Source: Promethearchaeota archaeon (GTDB lineage: Archaea; Asgardarchaeota; Lokiarchaeia; Sigyniarchaeales; SOKP01). Taken from it: a stretch of 14,200 nucleotides of DNA. Where the stretch lies: contig JABCSY010000103.1 in NCBI GenBank assembly GCA_018238625.1, forward strand, positions 1-14,200. The letters run 5' to 3'. The translations under genes and the position numbers were made by a program. Position 1 is the stretch's first letter, and each line of letters opens with the position of its first letter. Shown here piece after piece: positions 7,591 to 14,200 of the stretch. The notes beneath the pieces were generated by a model, which was not told where the DNA came from, made no database searches, and was given only the letters and a program-made list of their open reading frames with translations.

Positions 7591-8406
7591 TTACATCTTA
7601 ATCTTTCTTACTTTTATTGAGTTCTTGTCAATAATCTCTTTAAATCGCAATTTTCTAAGTTTTTTTGGAAAGTCTAAATTAATATCGTCGAAAACACATC
7701 CACTGGAATCAATAGGACCTTCAATTACTCGTAACTTAGAAGGCGAAATATAATCTTTTATAAACGAAATTATTTTACTTTGTCCAGGAAATTTTCTTTT
7801 AAATAAACTTCCATAAGTATTGCAAGCTACTACAGGAATTCGATTTTCAAGCGCGCGTGCTTTTAAATATATTTCCCAGTTTTGGATTCCCTCCGCTCTG
7901 ATTTGCGTAGGGGAGAATAAAATCTCCGCTCCATTTTCAGCAGCCAGCCTGGGCGTTTCAAAGAAAGCCATATCAAAGCAAATTAAAATTGCAAAATAAA
8001 TTTTATTAAATGGAAATAACACTAACTCTTTTCCGGGTTCAAAATTTTGTCTTTCGTAAGAATATAAGTGGATTTTATCTTGTCTACCAATCTCTTCCCC
8101 GTCTTTATTAAAATAATAACTAGTAATTCTCGGTTTGATAGAATTTTTCCTTCTTTCCCAAATAGCTCCTGAGATTATACTTATACCGTACTCTTTAGCC
8201 AGATTTTTAATAAAGTTGTAATTATTTCCTCTTTCATTTTGTAAGTTTAGTTCTTTTCCGTTTGTTAAATTTACCCACCTTTCGGGTAGACATACAATGT
8301 CGCAGCTGTCAAATTCTTTGATTAATTTTTTTAATATTTCTTCTACTTCAAAATAGCATTTATCTCTTTCTTGGAAAACTTCTGGCTGAATACACGCAAT
8401 TCGCAT
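7591..8406 (-). CDS. Carbon-nitrogen hydrolase (nitrilase superfamily)
   Basis: Catalytic triad motifs CLPE, QDKIHL, ICFD; also RALEN and N-terminal MRIACIQ. Confidence 0.93.
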   Translation of the reverse strand: MRIACIQPEVFQERDKCYFEVEEILKKLIKEFDSCDIVCLPERWVNLTNGKELNLQNERGNNYNFIKNLAKEYGISIISGAIWERRKNSIKPRITSYYFNKDGEEIGRQDKIHLYSYERQNFEPGKELVLFPFNKIYFAILICFDMAFFETPRLAAENGAEILFSPTQIRAEGIQNWEIYLKARALENRIPVVACNTYGSLFKRKFPGQSKIISFIKDYISPSKLRVIEGPIDSSGCVFDDINLDFPKKLRKLRFKEIIDKNSIKVRKIKM

Positions 8407-8408
8407 AG

Positions 8409-9164
8409 TTACACTTTACCAATATAAAATTTTTTATTTATGTCAATAATTATATCAAAGAGTTCATCCAACTTAGAGATTTCGTAATCAGGTTTATATT
8501 CATTTGGAATCTGTTCACCTGTTATTTTGGTATCGTATTTACCACCGCGATGTATGTATACACTATGAATGTCGTTTAGTCTAGCAGGCACTATATCTTT
8601 ATATATATTATCTCCAATGTAAATTGTCTCGTGACCTTTTACATTGAATTTATTTAGGCAGTACGAGAAAAGTTTGGGGTTTGGCTTTCTAATCCCGATT
8701 TCGTCTGATATAACGACTAAATCAATTAAATCGTCAATATCAAGCCTTAATATTTTTTCGTATTGCTTGATAGGGATCCCATCCGTAATAATTGCTGTTT
8801 TAATAGAATTCTCTTTAAGTTTCTCTAAGCAACTTATTACATCGTCGTATAACTTTATAAGCTTAATTTTTTGGGCGTGATAAGCCATTACAGCAGCGGC
8901 AATATATCTAACCTGATCAATGAATGAAATAGAAAACTTTTCAAGCTCGTTTAATCTTCTAATAAAATAATTGTAATGTTTCGGAGAATTGCTTCCATAT
9001 TCTTTAACGATTTCATCGATTAATATGAGAGCTTTTTGGCGATCAATTTTTAACCCGAAGTTTATCATCGCGTCTATACCCTCAATTCTTGCTTGTTGAG
9101 AAAGCGTCGTAGAATCAAAAAGACAGTCATCCAAATCAAATCCTACTAGTTTTATTGGACACAT
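8409..9164 (-). CDS. HAD-superfamily hydrolase, subfamily IA (archaeal TIGR02253-like)
   Basis: Motif I FDLDDCL, motif II ITDG, motif III GIRKP, motif IV IGDNIYKDI. The stop is 2 nt before the nitrilase start. Confidence 0.93.
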   Translation of the reverse strand: MCPIKLVGFDLDDCLFDSTTLSQQARIEGIDAMINFGLKIDRQKALILIDEIVKEYGSNSPKHYNYFIRRLNELEKFSISFIDQVRYIAAAVMAYHAQKIKLIKLYDDVISCLEKLKENSIKTAIITDGIPIKQYEKILRLDIDDLIDLVVISDEIGIRKPNPKLFSYCLNKFNVKGHETIYIGDNIYKDIVPARLNDIHSVYIHRGGKYDTKITGEQIPNEYKPDYEISKLDELFDIIIDINKKFYIGKV

Positions 9165-9247
9165 AATCTTTTTCGGTTTAACTTTTTAGTTTTAATTTAT
9201 TGAAATATTAATACAATATATTTTACACTACAGTAATAGATGACTAT

Positions 9248-9272
9248 GTAAGATAAATTTATTTATCCTTAC
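9248..9272. promoter_or_regulatory. Imperfect palindrome in divergent promoter region
   Basis: GTAAGATAAAT-TT-ATTTATCCTTAC: 11-bp arms with one extra base in the right arm. Confidence 0.35.
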
Positions 9273-9370
9273 GAATATATAATTTTTAATATTAATTTAT
9301 TCTAGGTAATACTATAAATAATTTAACCATGAAGATATTGAAAATATAACACTTAATGGAGTTAAATTAA

Positions 9371-10531
9371 TTGAAACCCATCGTTGCATTATCTTATTTT
9401 CATCGAAAAATCGGCCCACTAGTTTTTTATTCCTATCCAGATAGTATGCTAGACGATCAACTTTCAATCAGAATCGCAAACATAATGGATCAAACAGTCT
9501 CTGAAGGGTTTTTCACCCACTCGTTCGAGAAAAATAACTCAAATAATTATTACTTCGAAATTTCTTCAGATTGGGCACGGGGGAATAAAGACATGTTAAT
9601 GGTTTCAATTATCTTCGATGAACAAACTACTCAAGAAATCGAACAAATTGTGCATAAATTATGCTTAGAATTTTCAGAAAAGCTTTTAAAAACAGAAGAG
9701 ATTTTTGCTGCATTTTACATTTCCGACATTAATAACTTTGAAGAAGAAGATAAAGAGGTTATCTATAAATACAATGCTTTGGTTAAACTATGGGTTCAAG
9801 AATTATACTGGAATGTACTTGAAGATACTAGAGAAAAAAGCGAAGAAGAAAAGATTGCAACATTATTGAACAAAAAACACATGTTCCTGACACTAAAAAG
9901 GTTATCCAGAGGCCCAACTACGCTAGAGGGCTTAAGAGAATGGTATAATGACGCCTTTCCAGAATTAGATTTTAAAGAATTAATTGATACGCTTGTTAGA
10001 AAACAGTTTATCTTCATAAATCAGATTGGAATTGTAGAAAAATATGTATTACTACTTAAAGAGGTTAACGCTGAAAGAATCCCTCCCGATAGCGTCATAG
10101 AATACATCGACGAAACTCCTGAACTAATTGAACCCGAATTAATAGAATTATTACTTCCGAAAGTCCAAGAATTTTTTAGTAGTTATGAGAACAAAAGTAA
10201 GAAAGAATTAGAACAAGATACTTTTACATTATTTCAAATAGTATCTGACCCTAAAAAATATAATATACTTTCAGAATTAAGGCATGGGCTAATAGATAGT
10301 GATAAGCTACCAAAGTTAGTCTCCAAAACGACTTTAGACCATTTAAATTCGTCGTTAAATTTTCTAAAAAAACACGATATTATTGAAGAATTAAAGTTTA
10401 AAAATGAGAGTTACATCTTTTTAAAAGCAAATATCCAAATAACAACCGCATTCCCCGAATATTTAAGAAAATCCTTATCGAAAGAATCAAAACCCGTCGT
10501 AGCAAAAAAGCAAAAACCAAAAGGGAAATAA
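9371..10531 (+). CDS. Longin/uDENN-like domain protein (folliculin/SMCR8/NPRL2-like N-terminus) with probable C-terminal winged-helix domains; TTG start
   Basis: VALSYFHRKIGPLVFYSYP resembles the uDENN start of NPRL2-type proteins. YFEISSDWARGNKDMLMVSII resembles the ARG loop of folliculin/SMCR8. FKELIDTLVRKQFI and LNSSLNFLKKHDII look like wHTH. GGAG lies upstream of the TTG. Confidence 0.65.
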   Translation: MKPIVALSYFHRKIGPLVFYSYPDSMLDDQLSIRIANIMDQTVSEGFFTHSFEKNNSNNYYFEISSDWARGNKDMLMVSIIFDEQTTQEIEQIVHKLCLEFSEKLLKTEEIFAAFYISDINNFEEEDKEVIYKYNALVKLWVQELYWNVLEDTREKSEEEKIATLLNKKHMFLTLKRLSRGPTTLEGLREWYNDAFPELDFKELIDTLVRKQFIFINQIGIVEKYVLLLKEVNAERIPPDSVIEYIDETPELIEPELIELLLPKVQEFFSSYENKSKKELEQDTFTLFQIVSDPKKYNILSELRHGLIDSDKLPKLVSKTTLDHLNSSLNFLKKHDIIEELKFKNESYIFLKANIQITTAFPEYLRKSLSKESKPVVAKKQKPKGK

Positions 10532-10532
10532 C

Positions 10533-10787
10533 ATGAGTAAAGTCGACGACTCTCTCAAAGATATAAAGTATTTACTGGGGAATATGGGTATGGACATCTT
10601 TTTTGCCATAGATAATGGAGCGAAAGATTGCGAAACTATAAAGATCTTCTCTGGACTTCCAATGGCTTGCGTTAAGGGACGATTACCAGTTCTCCTCGAC
10701 CTCCTACTCGTTGTAAAAAACGATGATGGCTACTTTTTAACTAATAAAGGATTAAACTTTAAAGCTCAGATCGAAAATAACCCTTAA
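10533..10787 (+). CDS. Small winged helix-turn-helix protein
   Basis: 84 aa; RLPVLLDLLLVVKNDDGYFLTNKG has the typical wing Y.LT.KG; starts 1 nt after the upstream stop (TAA C ATG). Confidence 0.7.
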   Translation: MSKVDDSLKDIKYLLGNMGMDIFFAIDNGAKDCETIKIFSGLPMACVKGRLPVLLDLLLVVKNDDGYFLTNKGLNFKAQIENNP

Positions 10788-10792
10788 TTAAG

Positions 10793-10875
10793 ATTTAAAT
10801 TTCAGATTGGGGCGACAACGTCATCGCTAGAGCTTAGCTCTTATCTATTGTCATAAGTTCATCATTAATCTAAAT
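10793..10875 (-). ncRNA. Box C/D methylation guide sRNA, predicted target 23S rRNA G2251 (E. coli numbering)
   Basis: Minus strand: ATTTAGATT A [C: ATGATGA 10865-10859] ACTTATGACAA [D' candidate: TAGA] TA AGAGC TAA GCTCT A [C': GCGATGA 10827-10821] CGT TGTCGCCCCAAT [D: CTGA 10805-10802] AATTTAAAT. There is a 9-bp terminal stem (one G-U) with a 3-nt K-turn bulge. The D guide is complementary to the P-loop UGGGGCG. Confidence 0.88.
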
Positions 10876-11413
10876 TCTTATTTTTATTAAGGTCGTTATT
10901 AGTTAAATTTTTTGCTCTATGATACTTCCTTTCAAAGTAGCCAGGCGTCTTTAAACCGCCACACTCGTTTATTAATTTCTCTAAACCCCCCTCTTCTTTT
11001 ATCCGAATTTTTAAGATATTGTATTCTTGGAGGGTTAATTCTTTTCTTTCTAAAAGATAATCTAAAATAGCAAATGCTTCCTCGTCTTTCGTACAACGCC
11101 TAATGAAATCAATTGCACCAAGATTTCGTAAATCCTCGCAATAATCGTTAACTTGAACCAAGTGTGGCTCCTCATCACATCGTTCAATCTCGTAATCGAC
11201 TGACTTAATCTTTAAAGAACTATTCTTTTCAGATAATTCGTGTATTAATCTAGGAAATTGACGTTCTAATTTTGCTTTATCGTACGACAATTTCAAACCG
11301 TCTTCATTAATAACCTCTATATTTTTCTCTAAGTTTTTAAGCACCTTCTCTTTTGCCTTTTCTTCTTTTACCATTTCACCGTTTTTGTTTTTTCCCGTTT
11401 TCTCCATTTGCAA
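10865..11413 (-). CDS. DUF2095-family conserved archaeal protein
   Basis: YDKAKLERQFPRLIHEL, IDFIRRCTKDEEAFAILDYLLERKEL and KTPGYFER match the family as I recall it. The start is uncertain (TTG 11413, ATG 11407 or a later ATG). Confidence 0.8.
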   Translation of the reverse strand: MQMEKTGKNKNGEMVKEEKAKEKVLKNLEKNIEVINEDGLKLSYDKAKLERQFPRLIHELSEKNSSLKIKSVDYEIERCDEEPHLVQVNDYCEDLRNLGAIDFIRRCTKDEEAFAILDYLLERKELTLQEYNILKIRIKEEGGLEKLINECGGLKTPGYFERKYHRAKNLTNNDLNKNKNLD

Positions 11414-11540
11414 ATCGATTTCCTATAGTAGTAAATTCTATGAGAGTTTGTTAATTATAAAAATCCAATTAAAATTATAAAAATATCTGTTAGTAAAAAT
11501 TGGAAAAGATTAACTTATACCCCCTTCGAAATGGAAACTA

Positions 11541-11556
11541 TACCCGCTGAACTTAA
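11541..11556 (+). promoter_or_regulatory. LSU rRNA helix-11-like segment upstream of rpl15e (candidate rRNA-mimic leader element)
   Basis: TACCCGCTGAACTTAA matches the conserved LSU rRNA 5' sequence (the LR0R primer site ACCCGCTGAACTTAAGC), in sense orientation to rpl15e. Confidence 0.35.
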
Positions 11557-11735
11557 ATTTTAGCAATTATAGAAATTATAATAAAAATATAACCAAATTT
11601 AATAACTGCAAATAAAAGATGTGAATATTTTAAATAATACGACCAATTCAAAAAGCCAACAAAATAATAAAATTAATTAATTTTACATAATTTTAATATT
11701 TATTAATATTAGATTGCTATTGGAGATTGCCTAAA

Positions 11736-12323
11736 TTGACTAAATCGGGATATAGTTATGTAAAAGAAACATTCGAAAAACATGAAACTGGATATCAAAC
11801 AAATCACTGGGAAAGAGGAATCAAATACAGAAAGGGAAAGTCTGTCGAACGGGTTGAAAGACCGACGAAATTGCATAGGGCACGAACTCTTGGCTATAAA
11901 GCTAAACAAGGCTACATCGTTGTTCGAGCGAGAATCAGAAAAGGGGGCATGCACAAGGTTCGACCGAAACGAGGTAGAAAGCCTCGCGCGATGGGTGTTT
12001 CTAAATATACTACGGGTAAAAATTTACAATGGGTAGCTGAAGAACGTGTACAACGTAAATATCCCAACATGGAAGTACTCAATAGTTATAAAGTATATGC
12101 CGACGGACGAAGTTGGTATTACGAGGTTATACTTGTAGATCCATCGCATCCTGTAATAAAAGCAGACCCAAAAATTAATTGGATTTGCGAAGCACCTCAT
12201 AAAAGGAGAGTTTCCCGGGGTTTGACCTCTTCAGGAAAGAAAGCTCGAGGGTTACATAAAAAAGGATGGGGTTCTGAAAAGACGCGTCCGAGCTTAGGCG
12301 CAAATAAAGGCCGTGGTAAATAA
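11736..12323 (+). CDS. rpl15e: 50S ribosomal protein L15e (eL15)
   Basis: RVERPTKLHRARTLGYKAKQG, KNLQWVAEERVQRKYPNMEVLNSY, YEVILVDPSHP, RGLTSSGKKARGL. The second TTG (11736, MTKSGYSY) is preferred over 11727 because GGAG at 11722-11725 is 10 nt from it but only 1 nt from the first. Confidence 0.97.
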   Translation: MTKSGYSYVKETFEKHETGYQTNHWERGIKYRKGKSVERVERPTKLHRARTLGYKAKQGYIVVRARIRKGGMHKVRPKRGRKPRAMGVSKYTTGKNLQWVAEERVQRKYPNMEVLNSYKVYADGRSWYYEVILVDPSHPVIKADPKINWICEAPHKRRVSRGLTSSGKKARGLHKKGWGSEKTRPSLGANKGRGK

Positions 12324-12347
12324 ATAGGTTTTTATCTAAATTTATCC

Positions 12348-12383
12348 TCCTTTTTCCGTAAACATAAAAAGGAAATTCTTTTT
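12348..12383 (+). terminator. Possible hairpin/T-tract terminator after rpl15e
   Basis: TCCTTTTT (12348-12355) and AAAAAGGA (12366-12373) form an inverted repeat followed by TTTTT. Confidence 0.35.
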
Positions 12384-12501
12384 AATCCACGGTTATTACT
12401 CTCATGGGAAGCTTAGTAAAAAATTCTAATTTTTATTTATAAACTTTAATAATTATTGATAATTTTGTTATTTTAATTAACTTTTTAAAGACGAAATTTC
12501 C

Positions 12502-13692
12502 ATGTTTGAAACAGAATTTTTACTTTTGCCGCTTCGAATTGACAAACACAATAAGGGATATGTAGATTTTTATATAGGTCCAAAAAAAATTCGTAAAATC
12601 GTTGACAATGAGGTTTTAACTTCACCAAACAAACTTCTAACCGATTGCAAAGCTTTACAAAAAGGTTTGTTTAAACAAGGTTACGATATAAAACGCGAGC
12701 GGTATATAGAGAAAATGTTAACGGCGATGAGGACTTCGATTGAAATCCTAATCGGAATCGATATTCCTTTTAAGGAGCAATTTTTAAGGCTATATGATGT
12801 AGTCTTACACCCAGTTAACGAATCTGAATTAGATAACTTAAAAGAAGAGATTAACACAGCGTATGGTGGTCTTGGAAGCTTAGAAAGACGAATAAACGAT
12901 TTAAAAGTTCAACGAACTGTTCCTGAGGGTAAAGTATCTGAATTATATAAAAAAGCTCTCAACATCACGAGAGAGCGAACTAAAGAGTTATTTGTTGATC
13001 TTTTACCTCAAAAAGAACGAATTGTTTTGGAATTAGTCAAAAATAATGATAAAGTAAAATGGAGTTATTACAATTGGTATTTGGGTAATTTTCGTTCCCG
13101 AATAGTGGTTAACCCAAATTATAATATGTATTGGACAGCGTTTTTGTCTGGTGCCGCACATGAGGGTTATCCAGGACACCACACAGAATTTGCTATCAAA
13201 GAAAAAGTGTTATACCGCGAATTAAATCAATATGAACACTCATTATTACTGATACATAGCCCTAAATTAATACTCTCAGAAGGGATCGCAGATTTAGCAA
13301 TAAATATGCTCTTTTCAAATCGGGAAGCAGTAGAAATTAGTTTACGAGAATTGTGCCCAGATTCATCAAACGAAGATTCTCTTGAAATAATGATGGCACA
13401 AAACAAAGTAAAAGGGAAAATAACACTTTTTTGGTATAATTTTGCATATCATGCTCTTATTGATAAATATAACGATGATGAATTAATGCAATATGGAACA
13501 AATTTTGAAGTTTTTAATAAAGAAACCATAAAAAATCAACTTAAAAGAATCTCTAACCCAGTTTATTCAAAAAACGCTTTTTTATATAACCTTGGAACCA
13601 ATCTCATAAAGCACAAATACGGAGACCCTCCTTCAGTTAAAGATTTTCGATATCTTCTCATTAATCCAATTTTACCTTCAGATTTAATATGA
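12502..13692 (+). CDS. DUF885-like putative zinc metallopeptidase
   Basis: AHEGYPGHHTE motif followed by downstream SEGIA (third ligand Glu) and C-terminal FLYNLG. Confidence 0.75.
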   Translation: MFETEFLLLPLRIDKHNKGYVDFYIGPKKIRKIVDNEVLTSPNKLLTDCKALQKGLFKQGYDIKRERYIEKMLTAMRTSIEILIGIDIPFKEQFLRLYDVVLHPVNESELDNLKEEINTAYGGLGSLERRINDLKVQRTVPEGKVSELYKKALNITRERTKELFVDLLPQKERIVLELVKNNDKVKWSYYNWYLGNFRSRIVVNPNYNMYWTAFLSGAAHEGYPGHHTEFAIKEKVLYRELNQYEHSLLLIHSPKLILSEGIADLAINMLFSNREAVEISLRELCPDSSNEDSLEIMMAQNKVKGKITLFWYNFAYHALIDKYNDDELMQYGTNFEVFNKETIKNQLKRISNPVYSKNAFLYNLGTNLIKHKYGDPPSVKDFRYLLINPILPSDLI

Positions 13693-13976
13693 TACTTCAT
13701 TGTATATGCATCGAAGAATTCCTTTCATAGTTTTTTTCATTTTTCACTGGAGCGTCTAAGACTAAACTTGATGATGTAAAGAATTTAGAATTGATTTGAC
13801 TAACATTTATAAAAATTACATTTAAAAATCCCCAAGAGCATGAGTTGGTTATCTTATGCTAATCACTTTTCACTTTTTTTAGGAGTTTAAATAAATTTTG
13901 TCTAATTAATAAATAAGCTTGAAATTAAAAAAAAATTAGTTAAATACAATTCACATAACAAACAAAGTGAGAAAAA

Positions 13977-14006
13977 ATGCCTGGTCATGACGGTACAGGA
14001 CCATAA
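13977..14006 (+). other. Micro-ORF MPGHDGTGP* (DUF5320-like N-terminus; micropeptide or gene remnant)
   Basis: ATG CCT GGT CAT GAC GGT ACA GGA CCA TAA, preceded by AGTGAG. Confidence 0.45.
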
Positions 14007-14009
14007 TTA

Positions 14010-14051
14010 GATGTCTATTACTAAGACATCATATATTTTCCTTTTTTTTTT
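14010..14051 (+). terminator. Hairpin plus T10 tract after first micro-ORF
   Basis: GATGTCT (14010-14016) pairs with AGACATC (14024-14030); T10 at 14042-14051. Confidence 0.4.
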
Positions 14052-14156
14052 AAATTGAGTAGCTTAAAAGTATAATGTAATATAATTAAATAGATCGGTT
14101 TCAAATTAAAGAAAAATGAGTTAAATTCTTTACAATTATTAAATGAAGGGAGCAAA

Positions 14157-14186
14157 ATGCCTGGTGAAATTGGAATAGTACCATAA
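14157..14186 (+). other. Micro-ORF MPGEIGIVP* (paralog of the first)
   Basis: ATG CCT GGT GAA ATT GGA ATA GTA CCA TAA, preceded by GGGAG and followed by a T-tract at the window end. Confidence 0.4.
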
Positions 14187-14200
14187 TTTGGTGTTTTTTT

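Larger units (their letters stand above)
13922..14196 (+). repeat. Degenerate direct repeat, ~180-bp period, two copies visible (13922-14016 and 14103-14196)
   Basis: AAATTAAAAAAAAATTAGTTAAAT vs AAATTAAAGAAAAATGAGTTAAAT (22/24). AAAATGCCTGGT...ACCATAATT is shared at 180-bp spacing. Confidence 0.8.

Noticed and set aside
11505-11552. Plus-strand C/D sRNA reading (two TATACCC blocks, ending in CTGA) or an ORB reading of ACCCCCTTCGAAATGGAAAC
   Set aside because: No acceptable C box and no terminal stem; the ORB spacing does not fit.
8644-12036. Track ORFs 8644-8880, 9796-10017, 11709-11954 and 11782-12036
   Set aside because: They overlap well-supported genes in antisense or alternate frames and show no recognisable motifs.
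13745-13800. TGATGA at 13769-13774 as part of another C/D sRNA
   Set aside because: No CTGA D box at a suitable distance, no terminal stem and no convincing guide.
13922-14200. CRISPR array interpretation of the terminal repeats
   Set aside because: Only two degenerate copies with a 180-bp period, far from CRISPR repeat-spacer geometry; no cas genes in the window.

Overview
AT-rich archaeal chromosomal window, most likely from an Asgard archaeon (Loki-type). This is inferred from a longin/uDENN-like protein, eL15 and DUF2095, not from a database search. The minus strand carries HAD hydrolase, nitrilase, a degenerate Orc1/Cdc6 paralog, then smc-scpA-scpB. These are followed by a longin-domain gene plus small wHTH gene (+), a box C/D sRNA and DUF2095 (-), rpl15e and a DUF885-like metallopeptidase (+), and two tandem 9-codon micro-ORF units at the right end. 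Highlight 1 is an atypical condensin. Its 1485-aa SMC has intact ATPase motifs but no recognisable hinge or zinc hook; a duplicated 56-aa helical module sits at its midpoint, and its arms are built of 90-aa and 97-98-aa repeats. Its kleisin has an unannotated N-terminal helix-extension-helix domain that requires an ATT start, and its ScpB has a long acidic extension. Highlight 2 is a C/D sRNA predicted to guide Gm2251 in the 23S P-loop. Highlight 3 is a longin protein with a folliculin/SMCR8-like arginine-finger loop. Highlight 4 is an LSU rRNA-like 16-mer upstream of rpl15e. All family calls are by motif recognition by eye. No tRNA, rRNA gene, CRISPR array or mobile element was seen.
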